24,881 bases of DNA from a virus (taxonomy: Duplodnaviria > Caudoviricetes). Below the pieces are notes generated by a model. That model saw only the letters and a program-made list of their open reading frames with translations, was not told where the DNA came from and ran no database searches. Both the position numbers and the translations under genes were made by a program. The stretch spans positions 1-24,881 of the IMG/VR virus record IMGVR_UViG_3300037991_008248; one strand, written 5' to 3'. Of this stretch, positions 9,059 through 17,137 are shown piece by piece (position 1 is the stretch's first letter; the number at the start of each line of letters is the position of its first letter).

Positions 9059-9949
9059 ATGATATCTATAGTTACTGGTGGTTGTGGCTTTATCGGATCA
9101 CATGTTGTAGATAGGTTAGTAAAATTAGGTCATGAAGTTAGAGTAATCGATGATTTATCAGCAAAAGAAAATGAGAGGTTTTACTACAATGATCAAGCGA
9201 CGTATTGGGATTACGATATATCTAAAATTGATTGCAGTCATATTTTTGATAATGTCGATTATGTTTTTCACCTTGCTGCCCGTAGTCGTATCCAACCTAC
9301 TATTGGGTCTCCTAACGAGTGCTTTGAAGTCAATGTTGTAGGTACGCAGAGAGTTCTAGAATGGTCACGGTTAAACAGAATTAAGAGGGTAATATATTCA
9401 GGTACTTCTTCCCTTTACGGTAAACAGAATCCAATTCCGTTTGAACCAAATATGCCTGCAGATTGCCTCAATCCTTATTCAATGTCAAAGTGGATGGGGG
9501 AGCAAGTTTGTAAATTATACCATCAGCTTTATGGTTTACCTAGTATTACACTAAGATATTTTAATGTATACGGCCCAAGAGAGCCATTAAAGGGCGAGTA
9601 CGCTCCGGTGATTGGTTTGTTTAAACGTCAAAGTAAAAATAAACAACCTATGACCATAGTTGCTCCTGGTACACAAAAAAGAGACTTTACTTATATTGAC
9701 GATGTTGTTGAAGCAAATATTTGTGCTATAAAAAGTTCTATTGTAGATATACCATTTGGCATTTATAATGTAGGTACTGGTATAAATTACTCAATAATTG
9801 AAATATCAGACATGATTGGTGGTAAAAAAGAAATTATTTCTTCACGCCCTGCTGAAGTAAATGAAACTTTAGCTGATATTGAATTAACAACAAAAGAATT
9901 AGGCTGGAAGCCAAAATATTCTTTAATTAATAAAATAATGAGTTACTAA
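9059..9949 (+). CDS. NAD-dependent nucleotide-sugar epimerase/dehydratase (extended SDR)
   Basis: TGGCGFIG, HLAA, catalytic YSMSK, LRYFNVYGP and RDFTYIDDVV motifs. Confidence 0.92.
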   Translation: MISIVTGGCGFIGSHVVDRLVKLGHEVRVIDDLSAKENERFYYNDQATYWDYDISKIDCSHIFDNVDYVFHLAARSRIQPTIGSPNECFEVNVVGTQRVLEWSRLNRIKRVIYSGTSSLYGKQNPIPFEPNMPADCLNPYSMSKWMGEQVCKLYHQLYGLPSITLRYFNVYGPREPLKGEYAPVIGLFKRQSKNKQPMTIVAPGTQKRDFTYIDDVVEANICAIKSSIVDIPFGIYNVGTGINYSIIEISDMIGGKKEIISSRPAEVNETLADIELTTKELGWKPKYSLINKIMSY

Positions 9950-10374
9950 TGGAAAAATCAAAAAAAAGAAACTGGAATAAAAATAGAGAAATACTAAAAG
10001 CAATTAAAAATCCTTCTAAGGAAGGATATGAAATTAAAATGAAAATACCTGAATTGACTTTTGAAGGTGTAAGAGGCCAACCAGACTTTGCTCATCTTTA
10101 TATAACTTTTTACCCAGGTGAGTCAATAATAGAGTTAAAGTCTTTAAAAGAATACTTTTTTGCTTTTAGAAGTCAAATATATTCATACGAAAGAATTATT
10201 AATGTCATTTACGACGATATGAAATCAGTATACAATCCTGAACGTTTAAGGTTAGTTTTGGTCTGCAATCCAAGGGGCGGGATTTCTTCAAAGTTGACAG
10301 TTGACTCAGACTGGTCAGTTAGAGGCGGAAAAGAAATTTGTAAAGATTGGTTAGGGCAAACAGACGCGTGGTAA
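9949..10374 (+). CDS. queF: QueF-like T-fold protein (preQ0 reductase family) lacking the catalytic Cys
   Basis: PELT...GQPDFA, QueF motif ELKSLKEY, YE (HE in canonical QueF) and PRGGI. Confidence 0.75.
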   Translation: MEKSKKRNWNKNREILKAIKNPSKEGYEIKMKIPELTFEGVRGQPDFAHLYITFYPGESIIELKSLKEYFFAFRSQIYSYERIINVIYDDMKSVYNPERLRLVLVCNPRGGISSKLTVDSDWSVRGGKEICKDWLGQTDAW

Positions 10375-10379
10375 AATAA

Positions 10380-10613
10380 ATGGCTGATAAAAACGAAAAA
10401 TTTAAAGACAACGTTCAAGGCAAATTTTATGTTGATAGAGAGTGTATATTTTGCCATGTATGTTCTGCAGAAGCGCCAAGAAATTTTAAAGCAAGTAGCG
10501 AAGGCGATCATGATTATGTCTACAAACAACCAGAAAACGATGAAGAGTTAGAAGAATGCTATTCAGCATTAGAGCAATGCCCAGTTTACGCTATAGGAGA
10601 TGACGGTGAGTGA
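10380..10613 (+). CDS. Single-cluster [4Fe-4S] ferredoxin
   Basis: CIFCHVC...CP ligand pattern, acidic, 77 aa, ends [11 protein letters not shown]. Confidence 0.9.
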   Translation: MADKNEKFKDNVQGKFYVDRECIFCHVCSAEAPRNFKASSEGDHDYVYKQPENDEELEECYSALEQCPVYAIGDDGE

Positions 10614-11952
10614 TTATAAAATTAAAGATATAAGTCTTTCTGAATGGGGAAGAAAAGAAGTAGAATTAGCAAAGCATGAAATGCCAGGTTTAAGCTCTGT
10701 TATTAGAAAATTTAATCAAGGTGTAGCAAAAGACTTACCTTTAAAAGGTGCAAAAATAGCAGGATGTCTTCATATGACAATTCAAACAGCTGTTTTAATC
10801 GACACTCTTGTTGCCTTAGGTGCAGAAATACGTTGGATGACATGCAATATTTATTCAACCCAAGATCATGCTGCTGCTTATGTTGCTAGTAAAGGGATAC
10901 CGGTATTTGCATGGGAAGGAATGACAGATGCAGATTATGATCAGGCTTTAGAGTCAGTAGTTAATGATAAAAATGGTTTTTGGCCCAATATGGTCTTAGA
11001 TGATGGTGGTGATTTAACAAAACATTTAATAGAAAACTATAAAGAAAAATTAAAATACAATCCAGCAACAAATACGGGAATCAGAGGCATATCAGAAGAA
11101 ACGACAACAGGAGTTTTAAGATTAAAAGAATTTGAAAAACTAGGTCTTCTCTCAGTACCTGCAATAAACGTAAATGATTCTGTGACAAAAACTAAGTTTG
11201 ACAATAAGTATGGCTGTAAAGAATCTTGTGTTGATGCTATTAGAAGAGCAACAGACATTATGATGGCTGGTAAAGTTGCTGTTGTTGCCGGATATGGTGA
11301 TGTAGGTAAAGGATCAGCAGCATCTCTTTCTGCTGCAGGATGTAGAGTTATTGTTACAGAAGTTGATCCTATCTGTGCACTCCAAGCTGCAATGGACGGA
11401 TTTGAAGTATTGCACATTGACAATGCAATCCTAGAGGGTGATATCATTGTTACAGCAACCGGAAACTGTGATGTGATCACCGGTGATCATTTTGGATGGA
11501 TGAAAGACAACGCGATAGTTTGTAATATTGGTCACTTTGATAATGAAATAGATGTTGCATGGCTTAATCAAAATTCAATTAGTCATACGAATATCAAGCC
11601 CTTAGTCGATCTTTACAAAGTAAAAGATACACGATATTTTGGAAATAGACAGAAGAATGTAATTTTGCTCGCGCAGGGCAGATTAGTAAATTTAGGTTGC
11701 GCAACCGGGCACCCAAGTTTTGTAATGTCATGCTCATTCACAAACCAAGTTTTAGCACAAATTGAGTTATGGCAAAACGGTAATGAATATGAAAATAAAG
11801 TTTATGTCTTGCCGAAAGAACTTGATGAAGAAGTCGCAAGGTTGCATCTTGATCATTTAGGGGTAAAGTTAACACCATTAACTGAAAAGCAGGCAACTTA
11901 CATCGGCGTATCAAGGTCTGGCCCTTACAAGTCTGAAGACTACAGATATTAA
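10600..11952 (+). CDS. ahcY: S-adenosyl-L-homocysteine hydrolase (adenosylhomocysteinase); true start may be GTG at 10606
   Basis: [66 protein letters not shown] and C-terminal YRY. AGGAG at 10595-10599 is spaced better for GTG 10606. Confidence 0.97.
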   Translation: MTVSDYKIKDISLSEWGRKEVELAKHEMPGLSSVIRKFNQGVAKDLPLKGAKIAGCLHMTIQTAVLIDTLVALGAEIRWMTCNIYSTQDHAAAYVASKGIPVFAWEGMTDADYDQALESVVNDKNGFWPNMVLDDGGDLTKHLIENYKEKLKYNPATNTGIRGISEETTTGVLRLKEFEKLGLLSVPAINVNDSVTKTKFDNKYGCKESCVDAIRRATDIMMAGKVAVVAGYGDVGKGSAASLSAAGCRVIVTEVDPICALQAAMDGFEVLHIDNAILEGDIIVTATGNCDVITGDHFGWMKDNAIVCNIGHFDNEIDVAWLNQNSISHTNIKPLVDLYKVKDTRYFGNRQKNVILLAQGRLVNLGCATGHPSFVMSCSFTNQVLAQIELWQNGNEYENKVYVLPKELDEEVARLHLDHLGVKLTPLTEKQATYIGVSRSGPYKSEDYRY

Positions 11953-11955
11953 TTG

Positions 11956-11984
11956 TTGTATAAAATTTTATTTCTTGTTATAAT
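11956..11984 (+). promoter_or_regulatory. Sigma70-type promoter with extended -10
   Basis: TTGTAT (11956-11961), 17-bp spacer, TGt-TATAAT (-10 at 11979-11984). GAGG SD precedes ATG 12006. Confidence 0.7.
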
Positions 11985-12005
11985 GTAATTGTCAAGAGGT
12001 AAATT

Positions 12006-12440
12006 ATGAAAAAAGTTATTATGGTTTCTGGTGGTTTTGATCCTCCCCATATTGGTCACACAAGAATGTTTACAGAAGCTGCAGAATGGGGTGAAGTTAT
12101 TGTTGCACTAAACTCAGATGAATGGCTTAAAAGAAAAAAAGGTTATGCCTTTATGACTTGGGAAGAGAGAGCAGAGCTCATCCAACAGTTTGAGTCAGTA
12201 GATAGGGTTGTACCTTTCAATGACGATGATGACACAGCGTGTGATGCTCTAATAACAATAAAACCAGATGCTTTTGCTAACGGTGGCGATAGAAAAAAAG
12301 ACAACACACCTGAAATGCAGATCTGTGATTCAATGAACATACAGATGTTGTGGAACATTGGCGGCAAAGAGAAGCCCCAGTCTTCTTCGTGGTTAGTTGA
12401 AAATGCGAGACGAAAGGAGAAAGAAAATGCAAGAAAATAA
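12006..12440 (+). CDS. Cytidyltransferase-like protein (TagD/RfaE-domain-II family)
   Basis: SGGFDPPHIGH (HxGH), LNSDEW, ER, GGDR and QSSS motifs. Confidence 0.85.
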   Translation: MKKVIMVSGGFDPPHIGHTRMFTEAAEWGEVIVALNSDEWLKRKKGYAFMTWEERAELIQQFESVDRVVPFNDDDDTACDALITIKPDAFANGGDRKKDNTPEMQICDSMNIQMLWNIGGKEKPQSSSWLVENARRKEKENARK

Positions 12441-13269
12441 TTTATTCCCCAATGGTAAGCCTCACGTATCTTTTTCAGAGATCAAACAATGGAAAGAGTG
12501 TAGTTACAGACATAAACTAGCTTACATTGACAAGATTGATACTTTCCAAGACAGCCCATATCTTCACTTCGGTACTGCGGTTCACGAGGGTTGTGAGAGT
12601 CTTTTAGAGGGAAAAGAAGTCGACCGTGATAAAATACTAGGGGTCATGAAAGAAAGTTGGCAGAAAGCTGGATTTGAGAATGAGGAGTGGTATTCTAAGC
12701 AACCTGGTTGGTATAAACACGAACCGGTTTCGACTTGGGAATCCTGGGCTAATAATATGTGGGATGAAGTTAACGACTTTCTAGACAAGGAATTTCCGGG
12801 ATGGGAGTGCTTCAAAGCTGAAGAAGAGTTATATGAGCCCATCGAAGGGCTTGATAAGCCACTCAATTTCAAAGGTTTTGTAGACGGAATACTTAAAGTT
12901 CCTAAGAAGAGAGGTAAAGGTCACGAGTACTGGATTATTGACTGGAAGACTGCAGGAGCTTGGGGTTGGAGAAGGGATAAAAAGCAAGATCTAGGCATGA
13001 CAGCACAATTGATTCTGTACAAACACTTTTGGGCAAAAAAGCATGGGGTTGATTTAAAAGATGTTCGCTGCGCATTTATTTTACTAAAAAGAGGCGCTAA
13101 ATCCGGAAAAGTTTGTGACATCGTGAAAGTGTCAGTAGGTCCCAAGACTTATGAAAAAGGAATGAAATTGATGAGAAGTATGATTAAGACAGTCAGGCGT
13201 GGGTTGTATCTTAAGAATAGAAATAGCTGTAAATTTTGTCCTTATTTTGAAACAGAACATTGTAGATAG
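12427..13269 (+). CDS. PD-(D/E)XK nuclease, Cas4/AddB-like with [4Fe-4S] staple
   Basis: SFSEI..WKEC, FGTAVH, GFVD, IIDWKT, QLILY and C-terminal CKFCPYFETEHC. AAGGAG SD supports ATG 12427 over 12397. Confidence 0.85.
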   Translation: MQENNLFPNGKPHVSFSEIKQWKECSYRHKLAYIDKIDTFQDSPYLHFGTAVHEGCESLLEGKEVDRDKILGVMKESWQKAGFENEEWYSKQPGWYKHEPVSTWESWANNMWDEVNDFLDKEFPGWECFKAEEELYEPIEGLDKPLNFKGFVDGILKVPKKRGKGHEYWIIDWKTAGAWGWRRDKKQDLGMTAQLILYKHFWAKKHGVDLKDVRCAFILLKRGAKSGKVCDIVKVSVGPKTYEKGMKLMRSMIKTVRRGLYLKNRNSCKFCPYFETEHCR

Positions 13270-13297
13270 TTTACTTTTTGGAGCGTAGTTGTAATAT
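13270..13297 (+). promoter_or_regulatory. Possible weaker sigma70-type promoter
   Basis: TTTACT, 16-bp spacer, TAATAT in the intergenic gap. GAGG SD precedes ATG 13325. Confidence 0.35.
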
Positions 13298-13324
13298 TAG
13301 TTTAAAGAAAAGAGGAAATAATTT

Positions 13325-14575
13325 ATGACAGAAGATGGAAAATTTAAAGTTTTAGTTTTGTCTGATCACGCACTTTCAACTAGTGGTGTAGGTACTCAAA
13401 CGAGACACTTAATTGAAGGGCTTCTCAAAAAAGGCTGCTGGTCTTTTAGGCAGTTTGGTGCTGCCTTAAAACATCAAGATTATCGAACAGTTGTTGTCAA
13501 CGAAGATTTTATCATTAAACCAATTGATGGTTTTGGTAGCGCTGACTTAATTAGAGTGACATTAGCAACAGAAAAACCTGATGTACTTTTTATCTTTACA
13601 GACCCTAGATTTTTTACATGGCTGTTTGATATCGAGGATGAAATCAGACAAATTTGCCCTATCGTGTGGTGGCACGTTTGGGACAATTATCCATACCCAA
13701 AATTCAACGATGTGTACTACGAGGCAACTGATTTGATTAATTGTCATAGTCATATGACTTATACAATGTTAAAAGAGAAATATCCAGAAAAGACTAACTT
13801 TATTCCCCATGCGTTACCTGATACCATTTTTAATAAATTGCCTAAGCGTGAAGTTGACAATTTTAAAAGATCTTTGCTGGGCGAAGATAGAAAAGATCAT
13901 TTTGTAGGTATGTGGATAAATAGAAATGCCAAAAGAAAAAGGCCCTCAGACTTGCTGGTTTCGTGGAAGATGTTCTTAGATGAACTTTATGAAAAAGAAG
14001 GTCACAGAAACGCAACCTTGATCATGCACACTGAACCCCTTGATAACGAAGGACCTAACTTATTCAGAGTTGCAGAATTACTAGAAATACAAGGCAATGT
14101 TTTCTTTTCCAGAGATAGATTAGAATTTGAAAAAGTAAATGTTTTATATAATATAAGCGACTTTTGCATTAACACTTCCTATGCTGAGGGTTTTGGTTTG
14201 GGCACACTCGAAGCAATGATGTCCGGGACTCCTATTATTGCGCCTAAAACGGGAGGACTTACACGTCAAGTTGTTGACTACAGAGATGGTACAGAAAACG
14301 GTGTAGCATGTGATATAGCAATCCAGACACTAGTTGGAAGTCAATCAGTACCTTATATCTACGAAGACTATGCTTCAAATGAGAGTTACGCAAATGCAAT
14401 GATGAAGCTATACAGTCTCAATTCGAAAGAAAAATCAAAATTATCGGAAAAAGTTTATAAATACGCTCATGAAGAATTTGGTTTACAGAAGACCATAGAC
14501 ATGTGGCACGAAACAATGATAGACACACTCCAAAAATTTAAGAAAAATAAAAAATGGGATATTGAGGAAATATAA
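13325..14575 (+). CDS. Glycosyltransferase family 4 (GT-B)
   Basis: SGVG, NRNAKRK and EGFGLGTLEAM...GTPII (EX7E) motifs. Confidence 0.9.
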   Translation: MTEDGKFKVLVLSDHALSTSGVGTQTRHLIEGLLKKGCWSFRQFGAALKHQDYRTVVVNEDFIIKPIDGFGSADLIRVTLATEKPDVLFIFTDPRFFTWLFDIEDEIRQICPIVWWHVWDNYPYPKFNDVYYEATDLINCHSHMTYTMLKEKYPEKTNFIPHALPDTIFNKLPKREVDNFKRSLLGEDRKDHFVGMWINRNAKRKRPSDLLVSWKMFLDELYEKEGHRNATLIMHTEPLDNEGPNLFRVAELLEIQGNVFFSRDRLEFEKVNVLYNISDFCINTSYAEGFGLGTLEAMMSGTPIIAPKTGGLTRQVVDYRDGTENGVACDIAIQTLVGSQSVPYIYEDYASNESYANAMMKLYSLNSKEKSKLSEKVYKYAHEEFGLQKTIDMWHETMIDTLQKFKKNKKWDIEEI

Positions 14576-15762
14576 TGAAAGTAATTTTAAGAGCACCTTT
14601 GTTAACTAATAGTGGATATGGGGTACACTCCCGACAGCTATTTTCATGGTTGTCTGAAAAGAAAGACATCGATCTAACTGTTGAATGTTTGCAGTGGGGA
14701 AGAACATCTTGGATACTTGACAGCAATCAAGAGAACGGAATTTATGAAAAAATTATGAATCATTCCAAGCCCATTGAAAAACCTGGAAGTTACGATATGT
14801 CTTTCCAGGTTCAACTTCCTGATGAATGGGATACTAAATTAGCTAAGAAAAACATCGGAGTAACTGCTGTAGTCGAAACTGACAAGTGTAGTCAAGAGTG
14901 GGTTGAGGCGTGTAATAAAATGGATGCAGTGATTGTCCCGTCAACATTTACAAAAAACGTTTTAAAAAGGTCAGGATCGTTAACAACAAAAGTTTGTGTC
15001 ATACAAGAATGGTTCAATCGCGATATATTAAATAACAGCTTAGTTGCAAAGACGCAAAACGATGAAAGATTTAGTAAGATTAAAAAAGATTTTAACATCT
15101 TAGTTGTAGGTACGTTAACCAGTAGCATAGCGTTAGACGATAGAAAAAATTTAGACAATACTATTAAGTGGCTTTGTGAGGAATTCAAAGATGAAGAAGG
15201 CGTCGGAATTGTTTTAAAAACAAGTTTTGGAAAAGGTACTTCTTCTGATAAGAAAATGTGTATTGATTATCTTAAAAATACTTTAAGTAAGCACAGAACA
15301 GGCCAGTTCCCCTCTTTCTATTTTTTGCACGGCAACATGAAAAAAGAAGAAATGGCTGCCTTAATGAGACACAATAAGATTAAATTGTACGCCTCAGCAA
15401 CTAGAGGTGAAGGTTACGGACTGCCGCTCATTGAAGCAGCTGTCGCCGGTGTACCAATAGTTGCAACGAACTGGTCAGGTCATTTAGAATTCTTGCAAAA
15501 AGAAAACTTTGGAACAGTTGACTACAACTTAGTCACAATCCAAAAGTCAAAAATTGATGGCAGGATATTCAAAGAAGGCTTTAAGTGGGCCGACCCGCTT
15601 GAAACTAGTTTCAAAAGAGAGGTAAGAAAAGTCTACGACAATTATGACTCAGCTAAGGATAGAGCTAAATTAATGAAAAAACATATACAATTTAATTATA
15701 ATTCAGACGTAATTAAAAGCAAATATGATGAATTTTTAGAAAGTGTGAAGAAAAAATGCTAA
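14575..15762 (+). CDS. Glycosyltransferase family 4 (GT-B)
   Basis: SGYG, DRKN and RGEGYGLPLIEAAVAGVPIV (EX7E) motifs. TAATG overlap with the upstream gene. Confidence 0.9.
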   Translation: MKVILRAPLLTNSGYGVHSRQLFSWLSEKKDIDLTVECLQWGRTSWILDSNQENGIYEKIMNHSKPIEKPGSYDMSFQVQLPDEWDTKLAKKNIGVTAVVETDKCSQEWVEACNKMDAVIVPSTFTKNVLKRSGSLTTKVCVIQEWFNRDILNNSLVAKTQNDERFSKIKKDFNILVVGTLTSSIALDDRKNLDNTIKWLCEEFKDEEGVGIVLKTSFGKGTSSDKKMCIDYLKNTLSKHRTGQFPSFYFLHGNMKKEEMAALMRHNKIKLYASATRGEGYGLPLIEAAVAGVPIVATNWSGHLEFLQKENFGTVDYNLVTIQKSKIDGRIFKEGFKWADPLETSFKREVRKVYDNYDSAKDRAKLMKKHIQFNYNSDVIKSKYDEFLESVKKKC

Positions 15763-16079
15763 TTTTGAGTATACTTATCTGTTTGTGTTGTCTATTATTC
15801 TTATTATCAATTTACTTGGCGTGGAAACTGTATAGCTTTTCTTTGATTATCATTAGTATGGAAGATGCTATTGATGAGTCACTAGAATTGCTAGATAAAA
15901 AATATAACAGTATGTATGAAATATCACAGAAACCTATATTTTTTGATTCAGTTGAAGTTAGGCAAGTAGTTGCTGATATCAAAGATTGTCATAGAGCAGT
16001 ACTAATTGTTGCAAATAACTTGACTAGAGAAACAAAAGGAATAGAAGAAAGTGGCGAAACTCAAAAAGAAAACAGTTAA
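15756..16079 (+). CDS. Hypothetical membrane-anchored protein
   Basis: N-terminal hydrophobic helix (LILSILICLCCLLFLLSIYLAW) followed by a helical soluble segment. Confidence 0.65.
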   Translation: MLILSILICLCCLLFLLSIYLAWKLYSFSLIIISMEDAIDESLELLDKKYNSMYEISQKPIFFDSVEVRQVVADIKDCHRAVLIVANNLTRETKGIEESGETQKENS

Positions 16080-16797
16080 AAAGAAGGCTAAAACACAAAA
16101 ACTATATTTTGGAAAAGAGGCACATGATGCTATTATCGAGTATCAGCAAGCTGAATCAAAGCTAGAAAAACACAAAATATACGAATCAAAAATTAAAAAT
16201 TCTTTTAATAAACTGGCAGAAAATTTAATTTTTATTCACGGTTTCGCAAGAGATGCAAATTCATTTCAGCTTCTCAAGTTAGATTGCGTTTCTTTTTTAT
16301 ACGAAACACTAGAAAAATTTGATCCAGCAAGAGGTTCAAAAGCTTTCTCATACTTCAATGTATGCGCAAAGCACTTTCTTATCATTCAAACTAACAAAAG
16401 AAACAAAATTAACAATAGGCAAGTGAGTTTAGATAATTTTGCCGGGCTCAGTAGTAGAGATAAGAAGTCTGTTGAGACATACAGTTATATTCCTTCTCCT
16501 GAGACACAAATGATACAAAAAGAAGATCGTGATAGAATGTTTCAGGTTTTAAAAATTATCGAGGGGCGCACTAGAAATGAGAATGAAAAGCTTTGTATAC
16601 AGGCGGTGGAAAAACTTTTCGTAGACATTGACAAACTAGAATTTTTAAATAAGCGAGCAATTTTTGTCTACTTGCGGGAAATATCAGGCTTGAACCCTAA
16701 GCAGCTTTCAGTTGCAATGTCGAATGTCAGAAAGAACTTTAGAGACGTTGTAGGTAATAACGATGAGTTCAAACATATGTTTAATTTGAGGTTTTAA
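16051..16797 (+). CDS. Phage sigma-factor-like protein (gp55/sigma70 region 2-like), probable late transcription factor
   Basis: KFDPARGSKAFSYFN resembles sigma region 2.3. C-terminal HTH-like segment YLREISGLNPKQLS. GTG start, just upstream of the structural genes. Confidence 0.6.
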   Translation: MAKLKKKTVKKKAKTQKLYFGKEAHDAIIEYQQAESKLEKHKIYESKIKNSFNKLAENLIFIHGFARDANSFQLLKLDCVSFLYETLEKFDPARGSKAFSYFNVCAKHFLIIQTNKRNKINNRQVSLDNFAGLSSRDKKSVETYSYIPSPETQMIQKEDRDRMFQVLKIIEGRTRNENEKLCIQAVEKLFVDIDKLEFLNKRAIFVYLREISGLNPKQLSVAMSNVRKNFRDVVGNNDEFKHMFNLRF

Positions 16798-17135
16798 TGA
16801 CAAAGAAAACAAAAGAACAAAAACTTGAGGAATTTTCTGACTTATTGAATAGTTTAGAAAGCGCAGAAGATAAAAAGAAAATGTTATGGTTGGAATCATA
16901 TCAAAATGCTGTTGATGACAGGGAAAGCGCTTCACTATTATTAAACGATTTGCTAATGATGATTCCAGGTAGCTCTGGTAATCACTCTACACATGGTGGT
17001 TTAGCAACAAAATATTTAGAAAGAATGTCAAAATCAAACGATCAAATATTAAAATTAGCTGAAATTATTGCAAAAGAACAAGAAAAAGAAGCGACTGTTT
17101 CCCCGGATGATATATTTAAGTCTATAGGAGACTAA
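16797..17135 (+). CDS. Hypothetical helical phage protein
   Basis: 112 aa, coiled-coil-like, TAATG-coupled to the upstream gene. Confidence 0.6.
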   Translation: MTKKTKEQKLEEFSDLLNSLESAEDKKKMLWLESYQNAVDDRESASLLLNDLLMMIPGSSGNHSTHGGLATKYLERMSKSNDQILKLAEIIAKEQEKEATVSPDDIFKSIGD

Positions 17136-17137
17136 AT

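Noticed and set aside
12397-12426. Longer N-terminus of the nuclease given in the ORF track
   Set aside because: The AAGGAG SD sits upstream of ATG 12427, and the longer start increases overlap with the preceding gene.
134-12440. Interpretation as an ordinary bacterial LPS/capsule locus
   Set aside because: There are no export, polymerase or lipid A genes. The run is continuous with phage sigma, nuclease and baseplate genes, and has virus-like compaction.
12006-12440. Class I aminoacyl-tRNA synthetase (literal HIGH motif)
   Set aside because: Only 144 aa, in a GGFDxxHxGH context typical of small cytidyltransferases.
12427-13269. CRISPR-Cas locus
   Set aside because: No repeat-spacer array or other cas genes were seen.
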